From a bacterium (GTDB lineage: Bacteria > Bdellovibrionota_C > UBA2361 > CALJRW01): a stretch of DNA of 64,000 bases. The translations under genes were made by a program, and so were the position numbers. The notes under the pieces were generated by a model, which was not told the DNA's origin, did not search any database, and saw only the letters and a program-made list of their open reading frames with translations. This document shows positions 9,447 to 18,313 of this stretch, piece by piece (position 1 is the stretch's first letter; each line of letters opens with the position of its first letter). Location of the stretch: assembly GCA_031385045.1 (NCBI GenBank), contig JANNBC010000024.1, forward strand, positions 270,150 through 334,149, given 5' to 3'.

Positions 9447-11514
9447 TTGCCGACCTTTGAGAAAAGTATTTTTGATTTAAAACCTGCCGATCTTCACTAC
9501 AAAGAACTTGATTGTTCGGCCTAGTCAATGTCAGGTGTAAAACATTAAGAGTTCTAGTTGCAAATGCAGATTCACAATATGCCAGGTAATAGTTCCAAGC
9601 TCGAATAAAACGTTCATCAAAACCTAACTTAAAAACCTGATTTAAATTTCGATTAAAGCGCTTACGCCATTCCGCCAAAGTTGGAGCATAATGGGGGCCA
9701 ATATTAGTAATCTCCTCAATTTCGAGTTCTGAATTTTTACGCAAGGCAATTTGTAATGCTTCTAATGAAGGGAGTAAAGAGCCTGGAAAGATATGTTTTT
9801 GAATCCAATCACAACGATTTTTTAGACGTTCAAAATATTGATCGTGAATGGTTATTACTTGCAATGCAATTAATCCATTGGGCTTAAGTAACTTTTCACA
9901 GGTTCTAAAAAAACTTTGATAATTTTTATGACCAATAGCCTCAAGCATCTCGATTGAAACTATCTTATCAAATTGACCGGTAACCTCCCGATAGTCACAG
10001 AATTTAATTTCAACTAAATGCTCTAGCTTTGCTTCCTTCACTCGCTCCTTTGCCAAATTAAATTGCTCCTGTGAAATAGTGATACTTGTCACATGGCAAC
10101 CAACTTGTTTCGCTAGAGTAATTGCGAAAGAGCCCCAGCCACTACCAATTTCTAAAACATGATCAGCCTTAGTAATCCTTGCTTTCCTAATTAAAGAATC
10201 AATCTTATTTGCTTGAGCCGCCTCTAGGATAGTGCATTCCGGACTATAAAGTGCAGAAGAATACATCATGCTAGAATCTAAGAAAGTTTTGAAGAGATCA
10301 TTACTTAAATCATAATGAGCCGAAATATTCTTCTTGGCACCAGCTAAGGAATTAAAACGAAAGAGATGTCTCAAAAATTCTACCTTATCAAAAAAATAGT
10401 TAATGATGCGGTTTCTCTTTTCAATTTTTTCTTTATTAGCAATAAAATAATCAACTACAGCAGTTATATCTCCAGTTTCCCAAAGTTTATCGGTATATGA
10501 CTCCCCTAAGCCAATTGCACCATCGCGAACTAGTCTCCAAAAAAACTCATAATGCTGAACTTGAATTTCCGCTTGAGGCAGTTGTTGTGCATCACCAAAA
10601 AATAAAATGCGATTATCTGGCAAAATAATTTTTAGAAACCCACGATCGAATCCCCGAAACAACTTGATAATCTTATTTTGTGCCAAACTGTGTAAATAAC
10701 TTGGAGGTCCAGTAAAAATAGTATGAGCACTGACTGGCTTAGGCTTTCTAAATACTGGTAATTTTTTAATATAATACATCTTGGCCGCCTGATAGACTAT
10801 CCTTGGATAAGTTAGACTTGCCGTCAGGGGAAACTTAACAAATATTTTTAATAAATTTATAGTATTAAACTCGGCTCCCTCTCCCCAAACTCTAGAATAA
10901 AAATCTACCTTAACTTGCCTATCCTTCTCTCGCAGAACATTAATCTTAATATCTAGTTGTTCCTCTGGCTCTGTTAACCAAAAATCATACATACCATCCA
11001 TTGGATAAAAGGGTGAAACATGAAAGGATTTGGGTACAGTATAATGTTTAGCATATTTAGACTTGTCATCTAAACTTAATTCTTGGTGTAATAAGTAGAG
11101 GTGGCGCTCCGAAAAAGTATTATTCACTTCGGAAACAACGTAGATCAGTTCATCTACCTTATTGTAACAGTAATAAAAACTTACCGGATTAAAAACATAA
11201 TTAAAGTACCTGGCACTTGTAATTAAAACGATGCGCTCAATCTGCTGATTTAAGTTATTTTTGGATAAGTAACTTAATACTTTTTCTTTAATTGTTAATC
11301 CAGAATTATCTAGATAATCTTGGTCGAAAATAGCGGCCACTCTTTTTTTATTATATCCAAAAATCCAAGAATTAAAGCTAGGTAATTCATCTAAGTCTAG
11401 CGCATAGAAGTAGACAGGATAGGCGAAAGTATGATCAACGGGACCAGTGCGACTGTGCATCACCCTACCAGCATAAATCTTTGATCGTGGCTTAGAAGCT
11501 AATAAACTAGCCAT
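9439..11514 (-). CDS. Fusion of DUF1365 (UfaO-like) and cyclopropane-fatty-acid-synthase-family methyltransferase
   Basis: N-half: V.H.R..P..H.F.Y, FNPVSFYYC, EVNNTFSE, KSFHVSPF. C-half: GLGESY, NISAHYDLSN, MMYSSA, VLEIGSGWG, SIEMLEAIG, IFPG, W.YYLAYCE. Confidence 0.9.
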   Translation of the reverse strand: MASLLASKPRSKIYAGRVMHSRTGPVDHTFAYPVYFYALDLDELPSFNSWIFGYNKKRVAAIFDQDYLDNSGLTIKEKVLSYLSKNNLNQQIERIVLITSARYFNYVFNPVSFYYCYNKVDELIYVVSEVNNTFSERHLYLLHQELSLDDKSKYAKHYTVPKSFHVSPFYPMDGMYDFWLTEPEEQLDIKINVLREKDRQVKVDFYSRVWGEGAEFNTINLLKIFVKFPLTASLTYPRIVYQAAKMYYIKKLPVFRKPKPVSAHTIFTGPPSYLHSLAQNKIIKLFRGFDRGFLKIILPDNRILFFGDAQQLPQAEIQVQHYEFFWRLVRDGAIGLGESYTDKLWETGDITAVVDYFIANKEKIEKRNRIINYFFDKVEFLRHLFRFNSLAGAKKNISAHYDLSNDLFKTFLDSSMMYSSALYSPECTILEAAQANKIDSLIRKARITKADHVLEIGSGWGSFAITLAKQVGCHVTSITISQEQFNLAKERVKEAKLEHLVEIKFCDYREVTGQFDKIVSIEMLEAIGHKNYQSFFRTCEKLLKPNGLIALQVITIHDQYFERLKNRCDWIQKHIFPGSLLPSLEALQIALRKNSELEIEEITNIGPHYAPTLAEWRKRFNRNLNQVFKLGFDERFIRAWNYYLAYCESAFATRTLNVLHLTLTRPNNQVLCSEDRQVLNQKYFSQRSANV

Positions 11515-12761
11515 TAGATAAGTGCCTTAACTTTAAAATGACTAGCTAAGTTATTGGCTGAGACAACTGCATCTTCATGGAACCCATAGCCCAAATAGCT
11601 TCCACAATAAAAAACATTGGAGCGACCATTAAGAGATTTAACTTGTCCCTGTGTAATTAAGTTTTCACTAGTAAATAAAGGATGATAATAATCAAATTCT
11701 TGAATAATTTTATCTGGTGCAATAGTATGGTTAGGACTTAGAGTTACTAAATATCGCTCTTTAGTTGTTAAGCCCTGCAAGCGATTCATATCATAAGTTA
11801 CTGAAAGGTTTTGCCCATCTTTAGTTTCTTCAGCATTATAATTCCAAGAGGCCCAAGCACGGGAGTTTTTTGGCAAGACAGAAATATCCGTATGGAGCAC
11901 AGTCCGGTTAAAGTTATATTGCCACTTTGAAAAACAGTATGACTCTTCTTTGGAAGGATTGCTAAAAATCGGGAGGACTTGATCAGCGTGAACTGCAAAA
12001 ATTAAATAATCAAATTTCTGTTCGCTGTCTTCAGTTTTAACAGTGACGCCAATATCTCCTCTAGTAACATTTTCTATCCGAGCATTTAAAATAATCTCCC
12101 CGGAGAATGTTTCTTTAAATTTTTTGACGTACTCTTGACTACCACCAACAACAGTTTGCCAGCGCGGTCGATCTTTTAGTGAAAGTAGGCCGTGATTCTT
12201 AAAGAAGTTCAAAAAAGTGAATGCTGGAAACTGCAACATGTCCTCGCTTGGTGTTGACCATATGGAGGCTCCAATTGGCAAAACATAATCATAAATTAAT
12301 TCGTAACTATATTTTTTTGATTTTAAATACTCACCGAGTGTTAACCCTAACAAGCCATTACCAATCAAATCTTGAGTGGAGTTTTTGCAAAAGGCTTTTA
12401 ATTCTAGTAAAAATCGATAAAATTTAGGATTAAAGAGATTAAGCCGATCGGCAAAAAAACCATTTAAGCCCGTTCCAGCATAGGCTAATTTTCGCGATTT
12501 AGAATGAAATGAAAAGGACATATCTGAATAGCGAATGGGGACGTCCAAGGCATTCAGAAATCTGGTAAATGTAGGGTAAGTCTGATCATTTAAAACAATA
12601 AAGCCTGTATCGACAGCTAGTCCAGGTTTAATTTCAATTGTATTAGTGTGACCCCCCAGATAGGCATTAGCCTCAAAAATTGTAACATTATAATCCTTCT
12701 GTAGCAGGTAAGCTGAAACAATCCCTGCTACACCTCCTCCGATGATTGCAACTTTTCTCAT
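11514..12761 (-). CDS. FAD-dependent oxidoreductase (UfaD/RSP1091-like)
   Basis: IIGGGVAG, LGGHTNT, VDTGFIV, AWASWNY, YYHP and YGFHED motifs. Confidence 0.9.
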   Translation of the reverse strand: MRKVAIIGGGVAGIVSAYLLQKDYNVTIFEANAYLGGHTNTIEIKPGLAVDTGFIVLNDQTYPTFTRFLNALDVPIRYSDMSFSFHSKSRKLAYAGTGLNGFFADRLNLFNPKFYRFLLELKAFCKNSTQDLIGNGLLGLTLGEYLKSKKYSYELIYDYVLPIGASIWSTPSEDMLQFPAFTFLNFFKNHGLLSLKDRPRWQTVVGGSQEYVKKFKETFSGEIILNARIENVTRGDIGVTVKTEDSEQKFDYLIFAVHADQVLPIFSNPSKEESYCFSKWQYNFNRTVLHTDISVLPKNSRAWASWNYNAEETKDGQNLSVTYDMNRLQGLTTKERYLVTLSPNHTIAPDKIIQEFDYYHPLFTSENLITQGQVKSLNGRSNVFYCGSYLGYGFHEDAVVSANNLASHFKVKALI

Positions 12762-13780
12762 GTCTGCTTTGGTTTAAATAAATAATGGCTAACTAGCCAC
12801 TCTTGACCATCACGATATCCAAACAATTCGGCGCAAGCCAAAAAGAAAATCAGCCAGCGACGATACCAAAGTTTAGCTGATTTTCTGCCATATGTCTGCT
12901 CTAAGATTGGCATTACTAAATGCTTATTCTGTTTAATATTATTCGCCCAGGCATTGGCAGTTTTTTGATAATTAGTCCCAGAGACATCCCATTGCTCTGT
13001 GATTTCTAAATCTTGATCATATTGATAAAATAACTTCTTACTTGGCATAGTTCCACCTGCAAAAAAATATTTAGCCATCCACTGATCTTCTCGATGCTCA
13101 TCAAAAAAATAGGTTAATTTTCGATGACAAAAAATATGAACAAAAAGTAAGCCTTGCGGGTCAAGCCACTTAGCAATTTTCTTAAATAGCATTGAGTAAT
13201 TACGCAGATGTTCAAACATTTCAACCGAGACAATTCGGTCAAAGGTCTCACTAAGCTCTAAATCATTAATATCCTTGGTAATCACTTGTAAATTACTAAG
13301 CCCTCTAGCCTCAGCAGTAGCCAAAATAAATTCTCTTTGAATTCTGGAATTAGACACAGCAGTAACAAGAGAATCAGGAAACTGCTTGGCTAAATAAAGA
13401 GAAAGTGAACCCCAACCACATCCTAGTTCCAAAATTCTGTGTCCATTTTGGATTTGGGCGCGGGTTGCAATTTCAGCCAAAGAATCCAACTCTGCCTCTG
13501 CCAAGGTCTGAACTCCAGGAAAAAAAGTTGACCCGCTGTACTTTAAATTTGGACCCAAAACATTGATGAAAAACTCATAGGGCAATTCATAGTGTTGCTG
13601 ATTTGCTTCCTTACTAGCTAAAGATATTTGTCCAGACTGTAAATTTGCCAAACTTTCGGCAATTTGATTCTGCTGTTGATTCTCCTTTGCAAGTCGTTTT
13701 TCCAATAAACTTCTAATCCCATAGCGAATAATGCTATCTGGTATAGGTAAATTTTCAACAATTTCAGTGCTTAAGCTCAT
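12758..13780 (-). CDS. SAM-dependent methyltransferase (CFA/coclaurine N-methyltransferase-like)
   Basis: ANQQHYELP, LKYS, ILELGCGWGS, SVEMFEH, FVHIFCH and WMAKYFF motifs. Confidence 0.9.
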   Translation of the reverse strand: MSLSTEIVENLPIPDSIIRYGIRSLLEKRLAKENQQQNQIAESLANLQSGQISLASKEANQQHYELPYEFFINVLGPNLKYSGSTFFPGVQTLAEAELDSLAEIATRAQIQNGHRILELGCGWGSLSLYLAKQFPDSLVTAVSNSRIQREFILATAEARGLSNLQVITKDINDLELSETFDRIVSVEMFEHLRNYSMLFKKIAKWLDPQGLLFVHIFCHRKLTYFFDEHREDQWMAKYFFAGGTMPSKKLFYQYDQDLEITEQWDVSGTNYQKTANAWANNIKQNKHLVMPILEQTYGRKSAKLWYRRWLIFFLACAELFGYRDGQEWLVSHYLFKPKQT

Positions 13781-13798
13781 GATAAATCTTTATATAGA

Positions 13799-14557
13799 CT
13801 AAAACCATGGGAAAAACTTACTAGTTTTTTGTTGATAATCTCGATATAAATCACCTTTACTAATCAAAGCCTGTTTTTCAGAAGGCGGGACACCTGTTAC
13901 ATAAAGTAATAAAATTAACATTAATATTGGAGATAAAAGTGAGACTAACTCTCCCGAGGTACCCAATGCAAATAATGGATAACTAAGCCAAATAATCCAT
14001 TCAAAAAAATAATTTGGATGACGAGAATATTTCCAAAGACCTAAGTCACATACTGCTCCCTGACGGTTACCAAGTGTTCGAAACTTTGCAAGCTGTGAGT
14101 CGGCAAGACTAACTCCTTGATAGCCAATAAAAAAAATAGCCAGTCCTAAATAATCTGAGTAAGCAAACTGACTTCGCTCGAAAATATAATGATATGGGAT
14201 AGCTAAAATCCCAGCCATTACAACCTGGGCTAAAAATAAGAAATAAAAGTTTTGTTTACCCTTTGTACCCCATTTCTTTCGAAGATTCTGATAACGACGA
14301 TCTTCCCCTACTTTTAAAATTCTACCAAATAAAATTAAATGTCCTAATCTTAATGCCCAAATAAAAATTAATACAAAAATTATTACATTTCGAGTCGATG
14401 CCGGATGTTGTAAAAAACCAAAGACACCCCAAGATAGAACTAACATCGTCCATCCAAAGTCTGCTAAATCCCCCTTAGCTTTTTTTTGAGCAATAAAATA
14501 CAAAATATTTAAAACTAGTACCTGAGCAGAGATTAAGATCATCAAAGAACTATTCAT
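13799..14557 (-). CDS. DUF1295 membrane protein (steroid 5-alpha reductase superfamily)
   Basis: WALRLG.., EDRRY, AD.QL..F, GLWKYSRHPNYFFE and Y..YQ..TS.F.PW. Confidence 0.9.
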   Translation of the reverse strand: MNSSLMILISAQVLVLNILYFIAQKKAKGDLADFGWTMLVLSWGVFGFLQHPASTRNVIIFVLIFIWALRLGHLILFGRILKVGEDRRYQNLRKKWGTKGKQNFYFLFLAQVVMAGILAIPYHYIFERSQFAYSDYLGLAIFFIGYQGVSLADSQLAKFRTLGNRQGAVCDLGLWKYSRHPNYFFEWIIWLSYPLFALGTSGELVSLLSPILMLILLLYVTGVPPSEKQALISKGDLYRDYQQKTSKFFPWF

Positions 14558-15815
14558 TTTTGAATCCATAAGCAAAATAAATTGCCACTAAATAGCAAGT
14601 TGCTGGTATTCCAGCATAAAGAATAATTAATCCATTATTAACAATACTACTTTGAACTATCCCAGCTTGATACCCAATTAATTCTAAAATCGGAAAAGCG
14701 CAACCGGCAGCGATTGCTGCCGAAAGTTTTTTTGCTAAGGACCAATAACCAATCATTTGAGCAGCAAGATTTTGCTGAGATTCCTTACTGCACTTTTCCG
14801 CAACATCTGCCTGAAGCGACGCTGGGACAATAATTGCACCACCAAGTCCAAAACTAGATAAAATAATAATTAGCAAATAATAATATTCGTCTCCCGAGCC
14901 TAAAAAAAGTACTGCCAAGAAAGACCCCGTCGATAAGCTTAAACTTTGCAACCATGCTTTTAATTTACCAACTTTCTTAGTCCAGTAAATCCAAAAGGGC
15001 ATAAAAATTAAGACTCCCAAGAAATACAAAAAAATAAACTGATTCCCTAACTTACTAGCAAGAACATGATCAATATAAAAAAGAATCATTGCTCCCGATA
15101 AAGTAGATCCAAAACTTGTTAAAGCATATGTGATTAAAAGATTCTTAAATCCTGAATATTGCCATAAGCTTTTTAAGCTCTGACTTTTAACTCGTTCTTT
15201 ATTTGATATTACGAACTTACTATCTGGTAAAAGATAGTAACAGATCAGGGCTCCTGTCAGCAAAATTATCGCATAAACCAAACCAGCCCAAAATAAATAA
15301 CTGAAATCATCACTAGGTTTTAAATTTATTTTTTGAAAAAGTACTGGGAATAAGGAAGCTATTACTGTTCCTAGTAGCAAAAATCCTTCACGTGTTCCTA
15401 GAATCTTAGTTCTTTGGTTCGTGTCTGAATCTAGACTTAGGCCCAATGTTTGATAGGGCACAGAGAAACAACTCCAAGAAATATAAAAGAAAATGGAAAA
15501 GAGCAGGAACCAAAGTAGTGGAGAAATTAACTGAGGAGGATTTGTAAGCGCGATAAAACTTACTCCTAAAGGAAGTGCAACAAGAACAATTAACTTTCTT
15601 TGAAAATCAGGAAAACGATCCACTAATCTGCCAATCAGAGGATCAAATATGGCATCAGCTATTCGAGTCAAAATAACAATAATACCAAACCAAAATGCGG
15701 ACACTCCTAAGGTATCAACATAATATTTAGGAAGAAAAACATAATAGGAAAAGGCCACTGCCGAAAGTCCCAGTGCTGAGAAAGAGTAGAGCAATGACGT
15801 TTTTAAGATATTCAT
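14550..15815 (-). CDS. MFS transporter (GPH/MFS_2 type)
   Basis: RIADAIFDPLIG...D, VPY..LG..L and ADV motifs; about 12 TM helices. Confidence 0.88.
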   Translation of the reverse strand: MNILKTSLLYSFSALGLSAVAFSYYVFLPKYYVDTLGVSAFWFGIIVILTRIADAIFDPLIGRLVDRFPDFQRKLIVLVALPLGVSFIALTNPPQLISPLLWFLLFSIFFYISWSCFSVPYQTLGLSLDSDTNQRTKILGTREGFLLLGTVIASLFPVLFQKINLKPSDDFSYLFWAGLVYAIILLTGALICYYLLPDSKFVISNKERVKSQSLKSLWQYSGFKNLLITYALTSFGSTLSGAMILFYIDHVLASKLGNQFIFLYFLGVLIFMPFWIYWTKKVGKLKAWLQSLSLSTGSFLAVLFLGSGDEYYYLLIIILSSFGLGGAIIVPASLQADVAEKCSKESQQNLAAQMIGYWSLAKKLSAAIAAGCAFPILELIGYQAGIVQSSIVNNGLIILYAGIPATCYLVAIYFAYGFKNE

Positions 15816-15833
15816 TGGTCATTGCATACCAAG

Positions 15834-16130
15834 CTAATCGATTTTAGTTACTTCTTCTTCTAACTTTGAAGCAATCTTCTTTCGACAGCAATCAGTCATC
15901 TTATGATTAGGAGAATGATTTTTAAAAGCTTCTGATTTTGCAACTGTGTCTAATGATTTAATTTGACGATAAAACCGACGACAGAAGGTACAATGAAAAT
16001 GATGAATATAAAAAGTTATTTTTTCCGCCAAAGAAAGTTTGCGGTCAAGATAGTGCGAGGAGAGCTCTGAGTATCTTTGACAGGAGACAATAAAAAACAA
16101 CCCTAGAAATTTGGACAATATTTTACTCAT
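15834..16130 (-). CDS. Zinc-binding anti-sigma factor (zf-HC2)
   Basis: C....L.S..LD..L...EK.....H...CxxC; overlaps the stop of the sigma gene. Confidence 0.85.
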   Translation of the reverse strand: MSKILSKFLGLFFIVSCQRYSELSSHYLDRKLSLAEKITFYIHHFHCTFCRRFYRQIKSLDTVAKSEAFKNHSPNHKMTDCCRKKIASKLEEEVTKID

Positions 16131-16690
16131 TTTTTATACCAATTTTTTTGCAGGCAATTCCTAAGTCTGGCTCTAATTCTATATAAGATAGTCCAGTAGT
16201 TTGACGGAGAGATATCTAATACTTGGCAAACTTCTTCAGCTTCTTTTCCTTCAAGGTATTTAAGAATAAAAACCCTTCTCATGTTTTCCGGAAGTTTTTC
16301 GACGCATTTTTGAAAAGCCTCAATAAACTCCTCATTTTCAATAACCATATCTGGGTGTTCTAACCAATTGGGTACATAGGTCTTCCAGATTCCCCAAGCA
16401 TTGAAATTATTATCATCGTCTGGGCCAGGCTCAAGGTTAAAATTATAACTAACAGTATCTTCCTTACTAGTCTTGCGGAAGTTATCGATGATTTTATTGC
16501 GAAGAATACTAGTTAACCAAGTCTTTTCAGTTGAACGTCCAGCAAAACCAGCCCTAGCCCGCCACCCAGCCATTAGCGTATCTTGGACCAAGTCTTCAGC
16601 TAATTCTGAGTTTTTTACCCTAGAAAGGGCGTAATTATAGAGATAATCACCGTAATTATCTAACCATGTTTTTGGATCAAAATCATTCAT
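16127..16690 (-). CDS. ECF RNA polymerase sigma factor
   Basis: LAEDLVQDT, KTWLTSILRNK, LPENMRRVF and RLRNCL motifs. Confidence 0.92.
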   Translation of the reverse strand: MNDFDPKTWLDNYGDYLYNYALSRVKNSELAEDLVQDTLMAGWRARAGFAGRSTEKTWLTSILRNKIIDNFRKTSKEDTVSYNFNLEPGPDDDNNFNAWGIWKTYVPNWLEHPDMVIENEEFIEAFQKCVEKLPENMRRVFILKYLEGKEAEEVCQVLDISPSNYWTILYRIRARLRNCLQKNWYKK

Positions 16691-16825
16691 TCTTGTGGGT
16701 TAGAGTATTCAATTCCAGCAATTAAGAAAAGAGCGAAACATGTAATTATCTAAACATGGAACACAATCTGCCCTTTAGAACCTAAAGAGACGTTAAAAAA
16801 GTTTCTTACTGACTTTTTATATAAA

Positions 16826-17473
16826 CTATCTACGAAAAAGCTTAGCACGCACCACTTCCGTTCCTAAAGTATTGATTGCCTGGTATCCGATCTGTTTTAA
16901 TTCTAGAGCAAAGCTTTTTAGTTCATCAAAAAATCCTTTAGCTGACCACTTATGTACTTGAAAATCATTAACATCACCAATTCCTACTTGTATATTACCT
17001 TCGAATTTAGCAGCAACATCAACAAGTAACTCTGCTGCTGATTGCCTAACAAAGAAAGCCTCCTTTAGATCTACTCCTCGCTCGTGTAAGACATGGTCAA
17101 TTATGCCAAGCAAAAAACTTTCTGGACATACCTTCGCAAAACAGCGTCCACTTAGTTCTAGAAGATTTTTAATAATAACAGCTGATTGAGAAGTTGAATA
17201 TTCATGATTTGAAGCTATAATTATAATAGCTGTAGCAGAAGTTAAAAAATGGCTGCATTCTTTAATTAATTGCCTTTGTTCCTCAGATAACCTTAGACTT
17301 CCTGCACGAACTGTTAAGCTTGCCTCATTTATAGTCCGATTTAGATCTGTTAAGGCAAGCACCAAAGGTTCATGATGACTAACAACCTCGCGGAGTTTTA
17401 ACTGTGTGAGATAAGAATCCACATTGACCGCGGTGTTGTCAGGTTGATGGTTTAGATTAGCAATATGCATCAA
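16826..17473 (-). CDS. Hypothetical protein
   Basis: 215-aa ORF; no family recognised. Confidence 0.65.
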   Translation of the reverse strand: MMHIANLNHQPDNTAVNVDSYLTQLKLREVVSHHEPLVLALTDLNRTINEASLTVRAGSLRLSEEQRQLIKECSHFLTSATAIIIIASNHEYSTSQSAVIIKNLLELSGRCFAKVCPESFLLGIIDHVLHERGVDLKEAFFVRQSAAELLVDVAAKFEGNIQVGIGDVNDFQVHKWSAKGFFDELKSFALELKQIGYQAINTLGTEVVRAKLFRR

Positions 17474-17574
17474 ACAATAAATCTTAAAATCTATAGATTA
17501 TGATTCGAGCTTATATTAAATCTTAACCTTAAGCTAAGTTTATTTATCTAGATAATTTTTCTGAACAATTTGAA

Positions 17575-17955
17575 TTAGGCTGCCTGCCGCCATTCCCACT
17601 GCATTCTTTCCACCGTTCCAGGAAGAGAACGATCTACAATTTCTAACATAGCAATCAAAGTATCTTGCTCCATCATGCTTAATTCGCTTGGATGTGGAAA
17701 TAATGAGAGTAGGGTATCAACCACACCCTCTGGGCTTAAACGAAACATTCCCGCTTCGCAAAATTTTTCGGCAATTTCTAGAATATCAAAGGCATATTCA
17801 AATTTTAAAGCCTCGATAAACATTGGCTCTAAATCTTTTATAAAAATGTAAATCAATTCATCATATACTTCTCCTGGATAAGATCTAATACCAGCAGCAT
17901 ATGCGGAGATTACTATCTGAAAATTTTCTTGGTAAAGCTTTAACTTGTTACTCAT
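17575..17955 (-). CDS. Hypothetical protein
   Basis: 126-aa acidic ORF, coupled (TAATG) to the upstream small ORF. Confidence 0.7.
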   Translation of the reverse strand: MSNKLKLYQENFQIVISAYAAGIRSYPGEVYDELIYIFIKDLEPMFIEALKFEYAFDILEIAEKFCEAGMFRLSPEGVVDTLLSLFPHPSELSMMEQDTLIAMLEIVDRSLPGTVERMQWEWRQAA

Positions 17956-18170
17956 TACAACCTTTCAGCTAAAGATTTAAAAACTGCATTCATTCCTGGA
18001 GTGACATCACTGGAAGAAATGTTACCAGATTTTAGACTATTAGCAGCTCCAAGCGCTAAGCCTTGCAGTTGTTTTTGAAGTAACTCAGGATTGTGCCTAA
18101 ATGATGCTGTTGCTAGTGGCGTCTCTTTACCACCTCTTCCACCCGTTCCTAATCCATTTCCCTTAACCAT
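17955..18170 (-). CDS. Small hypothetical protein
   Basis: 71 aa; 1-nt stop/start overlap with the next gene supports it. Confidence 0.6.
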   Translation of the reverse strand: MVKGNGLGTGGRGGKETPLATASFRHNPELLQKQLQGLALGAANSLKSGNISSSDVTPGMNAVFKSLAERL

Positions 18171-18266
18171 TTTTTGAGCTAAAAATAAAACTCTCTTAAG
18201 GGAATATCATCATTATAGAAACTTCTGCTCCCAACTCTATCACGAATGTAGTTTTTACCGAATGAC

Positions 18267-18293
18267 CCTTCGATCCTTTGCAATTAAGATTTA
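18267..18293 (-). promoter_or_regulatory. Possible sigma28-type promoter
   Basis: Minus strand reads TAAA-N15-ATCGAAGG. Confidence 0.25.
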
Positions 18294-18313
18294 TTCTGTT
18301 ATTTTAACTGCTT

